Positions 18,379 to 27,719 of a stretch of 64,000 nt of DNA are shown here, in pieces. How positions within the stretch are numbered: the first letter of the stretch is position 1; every line of letters begins with the position of its first letter. Source of the stretch: Euryarchaeota archaeon RBG_19FT_COMBO_56_21 (GTDB lineage: Archaea > Thermoplasmatota > Thermoplasmata > UBA10834); assembly GCA_001800815.1 (NCBI GenBank), contig MGWC01000001.1, forward strand, positions 54,431 through 118,430. The letters are read 5' to 3'. Both the position numbers and the translations under genes were made by a program. Below the pieces are notes generated by a model. The model was not told the DNA's origin and searched no databases. It saw nothing but the letters and a program-made list of their open reading frames with translations.

Positions 18379-19136
18379 CATTCACCATCGCGGTCGCTGG
18401 CAAGGGAGGGGTAGGGAAAAGCACCTTCGCTGCGCTGGCAATTCGTCAACTTCACGAAAAGAGCAAGGCCGTGATACTGGCGGTCGACGCCGACCCCAAC
18501 TCGAACCTAGGCGAGAAGCTCGGGATCGAGCCCGGCAAGACGGTAGGCGCCATCAGAGAGGAACTGGCTTCTCTGGGCGAGGAGCCGTCTAAGGGCATGT
18601 CGAAGCAGGAGTTCCTGGACTACCAGGTTCGGCTCTCCCTCAGAGAGGGCGAGGGCGTCGACCTGATCACGATGGGGAGACAGGAAGGTCCCGGCTGCTA
18701 CTGTTACGTCAACAACGTGCTGAGGCAGATAATCGATTCGATTTCGTCGAAGTACGATTATGTCGTCATAGACAACGAAGCGGGCATGGAGCACCTCAGC
18801 AGACGCACAACCCGTTCGTCCGATGTCCTCTTCGTCCTGTGCGACAGGTCCAAGTCTTCCATAGACGCGGCGAAGAGGATCGCAGCCCTCGCGACGGAGA
18901 TGAAATTGGCGATCAGGAGAAAGGTCCTCGTGTACAACATGCGGGACGCGGTTGAAGAGGTACCTCAGAGGGATGTTGTCCCGAGCTTCGATCGAGCGTA
19001 CAGTTTGAGGAGGAGCGGCGCGATTCAGGCCATGATGCAGAAAGGAGAGTCTCTGACCGACGTCCCCGCGAACGACCCTGCGGTCCTGGATGTGGCGAGA
19101 GTCGTCGACAGCGAATGCCGGTTCAAGACAGCGTAG
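18375..19136 (+). CDS. cooC: CooC/AcsF nickel-insertion ATPase
   Basis: AGKGGVGKS, DADPN, GPGCYC and DNEAGMEHLSR motifs. Probable CTG start overlapping the acsV TGA. Confidence 0.9.
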   Translation: MTFTIAVAGKGGVGKSTFAALAIRQLHEKSKAVILAVDADPNSNLGEKLGIEPGKTVGAIREELASLGEEPSKGMSKQEFLDYQVRLSLREGEGVDLITMGRQEGPGCYCYVNNVLRQIIDSISSKYDYVVIDNEAGMEHLSRRTTRSSDVLFVLCDRSKSSIDAAKRIAALATEMKLAIRRKVLVYNMRDAVEEVPQRDVVPSFDRAYSLRRSGAIQAMMQKGESLTDVPANDPAVLDVARVVDSECRFKTA

Positions 19137-19140
19137 ATCG

Positions 19141-20469
19141 TCAAGGGCCGATCGACTTCAGCATCTTGGGCAAGCCCGAGGACTCTCTGGGTCCCACGAC
19201 GATCTTCAGACCGGTCAGCTCATTCAGCTTCCCGCTCATCCTGCTGACCATGCCCGGGATGACGATGGCGTTCCGCTTGCTCTTCTCCTTGACCTTCTCG
19301 GTCTCGACCGACTTGGCGACCGACTCGGGCGTGAGCTTGCCTGCGGCAAAAGCGGTCATGACCGATTGGCCGTCAGTGTCGACGACGAGAAGCCACACGG
19401 GCACCTTGCTTTTCTCGACATCGGCTCGGACGGTGAAGTATGTCAGGGAGAAGTTGGTCGTGAAGAGGACCGGCGACTCCTCGGTCGGCTCACCGATTGT
19501 GTAGAGGCCCGCCTTAACCTGGATAGGCACCTGCGGGTCTGTGAATATGTTCTGACGCAAGGCCATCAGCGGGAAGAGGAACTCCCTCGGGACGTCCCTC
19601 AAGAGCACGATCGACGAGTACTTCATGACGCCCAGGGCGGCCTTCATGAGGTCCGACTCCGAGTTGCCCAGCACCGATATGGTCGGGAAACCCAGAGGCC
19701 TGAACTTCTTCTTCACAGCGGCCCTCCGAACGATCGTCAAGTTCTCTAGCATCGAGCTCGCATTCGAAGCCGCGGGTTCAAGAACCAGGTCTGAGACTCC
19801 GGCCTTCTTCGCCTTGTCAGCCATCTGAGCCAGCTCGTCCAGGTTCGAAGCGCCTCCGAGCACGAGCGGGAAGCAACATGCCTTTGCGAGGGCGATCATC
19901 GAGTCGATGCTCTGCGGGGTGGCGCGATACAGCAACGGTCTCTTGTCAGCGCAGACAGCCACTGCATCCCCCATTACCTTCGGGTCCTCAGCCATCAGGA
20001 CCATCGGGAGCTTCCCGCCAGCAGCCGTCTTCACCGCTTCGAGGAAGTCCTCCGGTCTCCCCGTAGAATGCCTCAGGGCAACCGAGTCCACGCGGACCAT
20101 CTGACCGACCCTCTCGAAGCTCATCGACTGCGCCGCGGCAATACTGGCCTTCATCGCATCGAGGCCGTCAGCGTCGTCCGCAACGAACCCCAGCATCGTC
20201 GGATGGTAGAATGTCTTGTCATGTCTGAACAGCTGAGTCTCGTCACCTATCTTGACCGCAAGCTCGCCAGTCCCGATCGTCACGAGCCTGATCGGAGGGG
20301 CGCCGCTTTCCTCCAGGGCCGCCTTCGCCTCAGGGCTGACATACGGACAGGCCTCGAGCGCCACCTTCTGATTGGCGAGCTGCATGGCGAACGCGAGGCA
20401 CGTCGGGAACTTGCACTCTCCGCAGTTCTTCTTCGGCAACAGCTTGTATATGTCCATGGCGGTTGGCAT
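19141..20469 (-). CDS. acsC: Corrinoid Fe-S protein large subunit
   Basis: LPKKNCGECKFPTCLAFA..CP, FRHDKTF, RQNIFTDPQ, TTNFSLTYF and VGPRESS motifs. Confidence 0.95.
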   Translation of the reverse strand: MPTAMDIYKLLPKKNCGECKFPTCLAFAMQLANQKVALEACPYVSPEAKAALEESGAPPIRLVTIGTGELAVKIGDETQLFRHDKTFYHPTMLGFVADDADGLDAMKASIAAAQSMSFERVGQMVRVDSVALRHSTGRPEDFLEAVKTAAGGKLPMVLMAEDPKVMGDAVAVCADKRPLLYRATPQSIDSMIALAKACCFPLVLGGASNLDELAQMADKAKKAGVSDLVLEPAASNASSMLENLTIVRRAAVKKKFRPLGFPTISVLGNSESDLMKAALGVMKYSSIVLLRDVPREFLFPLMALRQNIFTDPQVPIQVKAGLYTIGEPTEESPVLFTTNFSLTYFTVRADVEKSKVPVWLLVVDTDGQSVMTAFAAGKLTPESVAKSVETEKVKEKSKRNAIVIPGMVSRMSGKLNELTGLKIVVGPRESSGLPKMLKSIGP

Positions 20470-21423
20470 CTACGCACCACCTCGAAGATCGGCAATGGAG
20501 GCCTTCAACTTGGAAACCGCCTGAGGATGCCTCATGATGACCGCGTCTGCTCCCGCCACGACCGCCGCGTAGGCGGTGATTGCCTCCCAGAACACTCCCC
20601 TGATCTCAGGCTTGCCACGTGCCGAGTCCTCCTCCAGCGCCTCTGGCGCGGCCCATGCACACGAGCAGTCGCAGATGATCGGCATCTGAAGGACGGAGTC
20701 GCCCATCAGCGCCGCGAGCCTGAGCCTCTCAATGACGGAGTACGAATATTCGAGTCCCATCCCCAGCGCGGCCATCAGAGGGTCCATCAATATGTTCTCC
20801 GGTTTCACGCCGAAGTCCAGCAGAAGGATGTTCATCTGCTTTGCCAGGTTGATGTCCAGATTGGAGAACGCCACGATGCCGTGGCCGTTCGACATGGACG
20901 CGGCCGCCACCGACTTGAAAGCCTTCTCTTCGGCCATGCCCAGGAAGAGCCTCTCGCCCTTGCCGGCATTCGAGACCGCCTCCATGAGCTTGGAGTCCTT
21001 CTCCTCGAACCCGCATCCGTACACAATGAGGGGAATCGTAGTGGATTTGATCACCTCAGTGACCAAGGAGACGCACTCCTCGACGGACCTGTTCTCTTCC
21101 TCGGGATTGGCGGACTGGAGCTTGAGAACGCAGATGTCCGCTCCCCACTCACGGTCGACTTTCTTCGCCCACTCCACGGGCTCCTTCACCACGGGTCCGA
21201 TGGAACTGAGAAGATGCTCGGGGACGACGCGCACTGTGTCAATCACATCCATTGCCACAAGCGGCCGGTTAGGCATCTCGGCGTCGAATCGGTGGAACTG
21301 CAGTCCGCTTGATCCGCCAGCTACGGCCCTGGCCCTCCGCGTCCCTCCCTGATCCCTGGTGGCCCCTACGACGACCTCTCTGATCCTGCCTGGATACCTC
21401 TCTTTGGGCGACTCAAACGCCAT
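20470..21423 (-). CDS. acsD: Corrinoid Fe-S protein small subunit
   Basis: DINLAKQMN, MDP...LG.GLEYSYS..ERLRLAAL.GD..LQMP, WE..TA and IMRHP motifs. Confidence 0.95.
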   Translation of the reverse strand: MAFESPKERYPGRIREVVVGATRDQGGTRRARAVAGGSSGLQFHRFDAEMPNRPLVAMDVIDTVRVVPEHLLSSIGPVVKEPVEWAKKVDREWGADICVLKLQSANPEEENRSVEECVSLVTEVIKSTTIPLIVYGCGFEEKDSKLMEAVSNAGKGERLFLGMAEEKAFKSVAAASMSNGHGIVAFSNLDINLAKQMNILLLDFGVKPENILMDPLMAALGMGLEYSYSVIERLRLAALMGDSVLQMPIICDCSCAWAAPEALEEDSARGKPEIRGVFWEAITAYAAVVAGADAVIMRHPQAVSKLKASIADLRGGA

Positions 21424-21451
21424 TTTAGTTTCCCCCAACCAACCTTGTCGC

Positions 21452-24400
21452 TCAGCTCATCATTGACGGCATCTTCACTGCTGGATGGCTGACCTTGACG
21501 AGCCACTCAGCGAGCTCCTCAGGCGTCCTCGCGACGGTCTCATCCGCGATCTTGTCGACGAAGTCCTGGACCCCTTCCTCCTGTGCCCGCTTCGTTAGAT
21601 CGTCCCTCATGGCGGCTTTCAGATCCTTAGGCATCCACACGATCCTGAGGAACCCTCCGTCCGCGCTGATGAACTTCTTGCTTGTGAGATACCTCCTGCC
21701 GACTCCAATGAATCCCGGCGTCTGGATGCCCCCGCCGACCGACCCGGCGAGAGTGGAGAAAGTCATTCCCAGTGGGGTCATGCCTGGGAACTCGCGGTTG
21801 ACGACGACCACACCCTGTAGATCGGGCGAGACCCCTACGATGCATTCGAAACAGCCGCATGAGGTCATCGGGTCGTCCATCATGGTGTACGCACTGAAGC
21901 TCAGAAGCTTTCCGTGGGTCTTCTCGGCCACGGCCTCGTTCACACCAGTCCACTTGCCCTTGGTCACGTCGATGACCTCCTTCTTCGATACAGGGCTGTT
22001 CGGACCCGTGGCAGATATCTGGTACGAGGCCTTGGCATCAAGCCAGTTGATGGCTCCGCACAAGCCCAGGCGCTCAGGAGTCACGATACACACGTGTCCC
22101 GGTGCGAAGCTCTGACAGAGCGTGCATGTGTAGAACGTGTCGACGTTCTCGTCCGTGAGGTTGGCGATCCTGGCATCTCTCTCGGCGTATGCTTCTTTGG
22201 CTTCGTCGATGTGTTTCCTGAGCTCGGCCTCGTCAGTGACTATCGTCACTTCGATCTTGGAGACGATCGCGCCGAACTCCTGCTTCATCTTGGTCACCAA
22301 GATGTCACCGAAGTGCTTGAGCCTCAGGCCCGCCTTGACGGAACTCTTGCTGAGGCGGATCCACAGGAGGTTCCTCTGGCCGGTGTGCCAGCCGCCCTCA
22401 GCGAAATTGATGAACTGGTGAATCCTCCTCTCGAGCACGGACTCGAAGTCCTTCTGCATGCTCTTTCCGTAGACGTTCACGAAGATTCCGAGGTGCGTCA
22501 CTCCTCCTTCGGGCATCCCGTCGACGTCCTTCCCAATCAGCATGACCTTGCCGTCTGTGACCGCCTCTGGTCCGCGCATCTTCAGCAGCTCGAACGCGAG
22601 CGACTTGGACGGCCCTCCGGCTTCGATGTACATGTCAGGTCTCCGAATCGATTCACCCTCGAATGCAGGGCCGTATGGCACGGGCAGGTCGATGGCACCC
22701 AGCTTGATCCTGCAGCCTCTGACCTCGATGGCGGTCGATATCATCTCAGCGAGGTTCTTCTGCACGACATACTTGTCGGGGATCGGCTCCACGTCCTGGT
22801 CGGTTATCGTGGGCGAACCGTTGAACATGACAGCGAACTCCGCAGCGACCTTGATGTAGTCCAACGGGCCGAGCTGCAGAACGAACACCTTGGGACGCTT
22901 TGAGAGGTACTTGAGGAGGCCTTCGCGGTCTCCCCGCTGGACGCCCCCGAAGGACAACGCGGCCCGGATGGCGAAATTGAGGCCATGGATGATCTGGGTG
23001 AACTCACCGACGGGATACAGCATGCGTTCCAGGCCCATGGCGATCTTCTCGTCCTTCAGCTGCTTGATGATGTCGTAGGTCGCGACTATGAGCATCCCCT
23101 TGTTCTGGCAGTCCCGGATCATCGCGCCGAGCTTCTTGGGGTCGCTCGCGCGGCCGACAAACACAGCAGCGCCAGGGATCGTGTCATCAACGAACGCGAT
23201 GCCCAACTGCCTCAGTATCCTGTCAGGAACGAATCCGCAGTAGAGCGATCCCTGGTACGGGGTCGGTGTCTCGATGTACTTGAGGGCCTCGACTATCTCG
23301 GCCGCTATCATCGTTGCCTCTCCCGATGCGATCGCCGTCTCCAGCGTCGGCCGCTCAACGATCCTGCTCCTGGCCTCGCCGAGCAGCCTCGGCAGGTCTC
23401 CGAGCTTCGTGCAGTCCTTTCCGAGCCATGCGAAAAGACTCGGGAGCTGGTATCCGGTTTCTGGGAACTCGATCTTCTGATTGGGGCCGTATTTCTGCAA
23501 CGCCCGGCTGAGCAAGACGTCTGCATATCCCGTCGCGATGATCGACCCCTCAATGGCCATCTTGAAGAGCTTCTCCTTCGGGATGTGCTCTTGCTTGCCG
23601 GGATAGTAGGAAGCGCGTTCCACCATGGGGTCCGTCATGTCGAGCTTCCAGCGCCTGTACTCGATGGCGGAGTATAGCCGCTTGGCAGCCTCGTGCGGGT
23701 CTTTCTCGAAAATGAAGTACCCGCCGTACACGTCCCTTGCAGTGTTCTCCAGGACCTCCGTGACCAGCGTGCTACCGTAAAGGTAGTTGATGGTACCCAC
23801 ATGAACAGGAAAGCCCATGACCGCCGCCCATGTGCCGATCGAGACCGCTTTCTCGTGCATTGCCTCCGGTGCGATCACCACGAATGGGATCTTCTCGACA
23901 TCCACGCCCCCGTGGTTGGCCACCTCGGTTGCTAGGTTCGAGAAGCGGACATTGTCGACGCATGAGCCCATGTGCCATACGATTGGCAGACCCTCGAGTC
24001 CTGAGGCCTCGGCTAGCTCCCCCAGGAACGACAGAAGACCCTCCCCCGCAAGCTCCTTCGTCTTCGCGGGGTCCATGAACCCAGCCTTGGCGAACTCGAC
24101 TGCATTGCAGCCAGTCGCCATCAGGAGGACGTCCCTCTTTGCGAGTTCGCGCGCTATGGTAAGCACGTCCTCGTCCTGCTCCGCCTTGATGTTCTTGCAG
24201 CCCGCAAAGAGCGCGACCCCGCGGATCCTTCCAGTAGTGATGTTGTCCACCAGGTACTGGATCGGATCGGTGGGGTTCTTCTTCGAAAGTAGCAGCTTGA
24301 TCTGCTCAAGGCTAAACCCAGCCATGACGATCGAGGGTTTGACTTCCGGCATCCGGCGAATCTTGCCCCGTCTCCTATAAGCCTCCGCGGCCAACAGCAG

Positions 24401-25591
24401 GACCTCCCTCGCCGAGGCCTTGGCCCTTTCAGGCGTGAACTCTATGTGAGTATCTCCCACCAGCCGCGCGACCCCCTCGGTGGAGATGATCTTTGTGTGG
24501 GTGCAGGAGCAAAGTGCGGACACAGATGGCATGAAGCATTGGTAATCCAGAACCATCGCATCGAGGAGACCGCTCAGGAGCACGAGCTCCTGCGATAGGA
24601 CGTTGGTGGCAATTGGAATCCCCTTCCGCATTAGTATCTCGTTGCCCGTGCAACATATGCCCACGATGTTGAATCCCTCGGCGCCTACCTTCTGAGCCTC
24701 TGCCTTTAACTCGCGGGCGATATCAACCATGATGTCGCTGAGCAGCGGGTTGTGGCCGTGGACAGCCACATTCACCTGTTTCTCGTCGAGCACTCCCAGA
24801 TTGGCCTTGCTCATCACGATCTTGGGAGTGCCAAAGAGCACATCGCTCAGGTCGGACGAGATCTGGGCGCCTGTGTAGTCAGAGAGCGCTGACTTGATGC
24901 CGCCGAACAGGATCGGAACAGGGTCGGCGTCCACTCCCATCGCGGTCCTGTGCATCACCTCAGAGATCGAAGAATCGATGTTCGAGGGCATCACCGCATG
25001 GGTGTCCCACCTGTGGTTTCTGCCCCTCGTGACAGTCGCCTTCAAAAACGAGAGCGGATCGGATGTGTAACGGGAGTAATCCTCCAGCGCGGCGCGCGAG
25101 ACCTCCTCGGCGAGCGCTGTTACGCTTTTGCCATCGCATGCGATTCCCTGCCTCTTGGCGATGGCCTTCAGCTTGACCTCGTCGACGACGCTGTAGTCCT
25201 TCGTCTCACCCTTCGAGACCATGAGCAGCACGTGCGCAATCTCCTTCCCGTGCCCGGAGTGAGAAGCGGTCCCGCCGGCGATCATGCGGTCGATGAACCG
25301 CGCGACAATTGTGTAGTCCCGTGCCCCGCAGATACCTGCAGTGGGCTCCTTGCCCATCGGGTTTATTCTGCAGGGGCCCTGCAGGCAGAACCGACAGCAG
25401 AGGCCGAGCTGGCCGAACCGGCATTGGGCACCTTGAGCGGCCACTCTGTCCATGACGGTGCACACGCCCTCCTCGTGGAGGTCCATGAACATCTTCTGGC
25501 AGCTGCCATCCCAGCAATCGCAGGCGAACTCCTTTTCCTTCTCTCCCTGGCCCGCCCGCTTGGTGACCTTGACCTCGACGTTAGATTCCAA
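21452..25591 (-). CDS. acsA-acsB: Fused bacterial-type Ni-CO dehydrogenase (AcsA/CooS) and acetyl-CoA synthase (AcsB)
   Basis: First ~650 aa carry C..CCRFC..GPC..GICG, HGHNP, ICCT, DYQC, AGC, TGC, GSCVD and EKA. The C-terminal part carries FPETGY.LP, CTLCQSFAP.HVC..PER.GLCGA and MTSCGCFE. One uninterrupted ORF; TTG start after AAAGGAG. Confidence 0.95.
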   Translation of the reverse strand: MESNVEVKVTKRAGQGEKEKEFACDCWDGSCQKMFMDLHEEGVCTVMDRVAAQGAQCRFGQLGLCCRFCLQGPCRINPMGKEPTAGICGARDYTIVARFIDRMIAGGTASHSGHGKEIAHVLLMVSKGETKDYSVVDEVKLKAIAKRQGIACDGKSVTALAEEVSRAALEDYSRYTSDPLSFLKATVTRGRNHRWDTHAVMPSNIDSSISEVMHRTAMGVDADPVPILFGGIKSALSDYTGAQISSDLSDVLFGTPKIVMSKANLGVLDEKQVNVAVHGHNPLLSDIMVDIARELKAEAQKVGAEGFNIVGICCTGNEILMRKGIPIATNVLSQELVLLSGLLDAMVLDYQCFMPSVSALCSCTHTKIISTEGVARLVGDTHIEFTPERAKASAREVLLLAAEAYRRRGKIRRMPEVKPSIVMAGFSLEQIKLLLSKKNPTDPIQYLVDNITTGRIRGVALFAGCKNIKAEQDEDVLTIARELAKRDVLLMATGCNAVEFAKAGFMDPAKTKELAGEGLLSFLGELAEASGLEGLPIVWHMGSCVDNVRFSNLATEVANHGGVDVEKIPFVVIAPEAMHEKAVSIGTWAAVMGFPVHVGTINYLYGSTLVTEVLENTARDVYGGYFIFEKDPHEAAKRLYSAIEYRRWKLDMTDPMVERASYYPGKQEHIPKEKLFKMAIEGSIIATGYADVLLSRALQKYGPNQKIEFPETGYQLPSLFAWLGKDCTKLGDLPRLLGEARSRIVERPTLETAIASGEATMIAAEIVEALKYIETPTPYQGSLYCGFVPDRILRQLGIAFVDDTIPGAAVFVGRASDPKKLGAMIRDCQNKGMLIVATYDIIKQLKDEKIAMGLERMLYPVGEFTQIIHGLNFAIRAALSFGGVQRGDREGLLKYLSKRPKVFVLQLGPLDYIKVAAEFAVMFNGSPTITDQDVEPIPDKYVVQKNLAEMISTAIEVRGCRIKLGAIDLPVPYGPAFEGESIRRPDMYIEAGGPSKSLAFELLKMRGPEAVTDGKVMLIGKDVDGMPEGGVTHLGIFVNVYGKSMQKDFESVLERRIHQFINFAEGGWHTGQRNLLWIRLSKSSVKAGLRLKHFGDILVTKMKQEFGAIVSKIEVTIVTDEAELRKHIDEAKEAYAERDARIANLTDENVDTFYTCTLCQSFAPGHVCIVTPERLGLCGAINWLDAKASYQISATGPNSPVSKKEVIDVTKGKWTGVNEAVAEKTHGKLLSFSAYTMMDDPMTSCGCFECIVGVSPDLQGVVVVNREFPGMTPLGMTFSTLAGSVGGGIQTPGFIGVGRRYLTSKKFISADGGFLRIVWMPKDLKAAMRDDLTKRAQEEGVQDFVDKIADETVARTPEELAEWLVKVSHPAVKMPSMMS

Positions 25592-25855
25592 CTATGCGCA
25601 CTCCTTTGTTGATACCATTCCAGGCGAGTGGGTGGAAAGACCTGTCACGACAGTCCCACGCGCAACGGTAGCGAGAAGAGCCGTGGCACCTTCTGAGACT
25701 TGAGAGGGACTTGCGCCCCTGGTACTCTCTGGGGACGACCAATCGCACGAGCGGTGACAATCATTCGTGACGAAGGATTCCCGCCGTGAACGCTCCATCC
25801 CGTGCATCTGAATGCCTGGCCATGACCGATTTCGGCAGATCATATCGGCATCTGA
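25592..25855 (-). promoter_or_regulatory. ~255-nt structured 5' leader of the CODH/ACS operon
   Basis: TATA-like AAAAACGTTTTAGTAG on the minus strand near 25886-25871; at least five hairpins, including a GCAA tetraloop stem (25702-25729). Confidence 0.5.
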
Positions 25856-25960
25856 CGGATATGGTTGAAGCTACTAAAACGTTTTTACTGACGAGCGCAC
25901 GGCAGATGACGAATGAAGAGGACACCTACCTGGTACGTCATTCTCCCCCGGTGCGCCCAG

Positions 25961-26758
25961 CTAGCGCGAAACGCCCCGGGAGATAGCCAGCGAGAGCTGT
26001 CTGACGGCAGCTACCCACTCAGCTGATTCCTCCAGTTTGAAAGGCGAAATACCCCTCAGATCAGCAACCCTCACACCCTCAGAGAAGGGGAGAAAATACA
26101 CTTGACCGAGGCCCTTGCTTGAAGTCGCTGACAGTATAGCGGATTTCTCGTCCTGGCTCCTGGTCCTATTCGCAACAATCGAAATCCTGGGAACGCCCAT
26201 CTCTGTCGCCAATCTGACAATCCTGGAAGCCGTGTCTATGGACCTCACTCCGGGCTCAATGACCACGATAAGGACATCCACCCCCCGGCAAGTCGCGCGC
26301 CCAAACTGCTCAAGGCCTGCCTCCATGTCTATCACCACTGCCTCATCCCTCTCAAGCACGACATGTTCGAGGAGGCTCCTGAGGAGTGCGTTCTCCGGGC
26401 AGAAACAACCTGACCCTGGGGCTCTTATCTCCCCTAGAACGATCAGTCTGACGCCATCGGCGCCGATGGCACAGTACTTGTCTGGAATGTCATCCACTTT
26501 GGGGGTCAGCCTGAAGAATGGCCCAGTGCTTGTGCCCGGCCTCGCGCCTGTCCGCTCCTCAATGAGATCGAGTTCCGAGGAGATTGGCGGCGGCACGCGG
26601 TCATCTGATACTTCGAGGACGACGTGCAGGTGCGATGCTGGATCAGCATCGACGGCGAGAACCTTGGCACCGTCCTGAGCCAGCACTCTGGCGAGGGTTC
26701 CGACGATCGTGGTCTTCCCGACGCCTCCCTTTCCGGCCACGGCGATCTTGATGCCCAA
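25961..26758 (-). CDS. cooC: Second CooC nickel-insertion ATPase
   Basis: AGKGGVGKTT, DADP, GSGCFCPEN and DMEAGLEQFGR motifs; TTG start at 26758. Confidence 0.9.
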   Translation of the reverse strand: MGIKIAVAGKGGVGKTTIVGTLARVLAQDGAKVLAVDADPASHLHVVLEVSDDRVPPPISSELDLIEERTGARPGTSTGPFFRLTPKVDDIPDKYCAIGADGVRLIVLGEIRAPGSGCFCPENALLRSLLEHVVLERDEAVVIDMEAGLEQFGRATCRGVDVLIVVIEPGVRSIDTASRIVRLATEMGVPRISIVANRTRSQDEKSAILSATSSKGLGQVYFLPFSEGVRVADLRGISPFKLEESAEWVAAVRQLSLAISRGVSR

Positions 26759-26762
26759 ACAC

Positions 26763-26960
26763 TCAGCCCTGTCTGGACTTGAGGATGATCTCATGCTTCA
26801 TGAGATCTGCCTCCGCAATCCATACCCCGGATACGGTCTCTCGATCGCCCGAGAGGCTGATACAGAGCACGCTGCCGGCCGAGGATACGACCTTGGCCGC
26901 CTCTGGCATGACCAGTTTCTTCTCCGACCCTTTCAGTAGATACACCGAAGACTCGCACAT
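26763..26960 (-). CDS. cooT: CooT family nickel-binding protein
   Basis: MCES..Y N-terminus and DL..H.I.L C-terminus; 65 aa; directly upstream of cooC. Confidence 0.8.
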   Translation of the reverse strand: MCESSVYLLKGSEKKLVMPEAAKVVSSAGSVLCISLSGDRETVSGVWIAEADLMKHEIILKSRQG

Positions 26961-26995
26961 GGGAGCAACACGCCTCCGCTTCTCACCACTGACGC

Positions 26996-27400
26996 TCAGT
27001 CAGCGGCGCATTCCGCTATCTGGCCAGCGACCTTCTTCGCCTTCTCATAGTCGTCCACGCAGAAGACGAACCGCATCCTGTCCCCCTGCACGCTGTACAG
27101 GTAGCTCGCTCTCAGCTGCACCCCCGCGTTGACGAGGCACCTGGCTGCCTTCATCCACTGGCCGGGCCTGTTGTACATGTCCACGACGAGCACCCGCTGT
27201 TCTTTGAACGGAAGGTCCGCCTTGATAAACGTCCTTCGGCATTCCTCATCGTTCCCCGTCAGGAATTTCACGATGTATCGGTCATCGGTTTTCCCGGTAG
27301 CGATGGTGTCGAGGTTCACATTCTGGCTCGACAGGATGGCAATGGCATCCAGAAGATCCTTGCTGTTCCCGTTGACGGACATCTCGAATTCAGTAGTCAT
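26996..27400 (-). CDS. Tandem ACT-domain protein
   Basis: L...NVNL and NRPG....A..L..AGV ACT motifs; ATG at 27400. Confidence 0.75.
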   Translation of the reverse strand: MTTEFEMSVNGNSKDLLDAIAILSSQNVNLDTIATGKTDDRYIVKFLTGNDEECRRTFIKADLPFKEQRVLVVDMYNRPGQWMKAARCLVNAGVQLRASYLYSVQGDRMRFVFCVDDYEKAKKVAGQIAECAAD

Positions 27401-27719
27401 TCGAAAAACCCCCAAACCTCTGAGGTCAGTGGTAATACGCTGTAATATATTTATTGGATATGCTTCCCGCGGCGAGTGTTCGAACAAGCTGAGAACCGAA
27501 TCTCCTGATTCCGTCGCGATAGCCTTGAGATATGATAGCATGCCAGAAATTGTCAATTGAAACTCTTCCGATAAGGCGAATTCGGGACATGAATGAGCCT
27601 TCCAGGACCAATATCCTCCAGGCTGGAATCGAACGCTATGCTCCTCGGCAGAAGGGATTTCGGGGCAATCTCCTTATTGAGTCCCATGAATGTCACTAAC
27701 CAGCGTCTGAGGGCGAGAA

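Noticed and set aside
20068-21312. Long antisense ORFs (e.g. 20068-21312, 21914-22903, 51207-52301)
   Set aside because: They are shadows of well-supported genes on the opposite strand in GC-rich DNA and carry no recognisable motifs.
25592-25800. Assignment as a cobalamin or ZTP riboswitch
   Set aside because: Only fragments resemble the consensus (GGGAA, AAGTC..TGCC, CGCCTGG). Key T-loop, B12-box and pseudoknot elements are not visible, so it is kept as an unknown structured leader.
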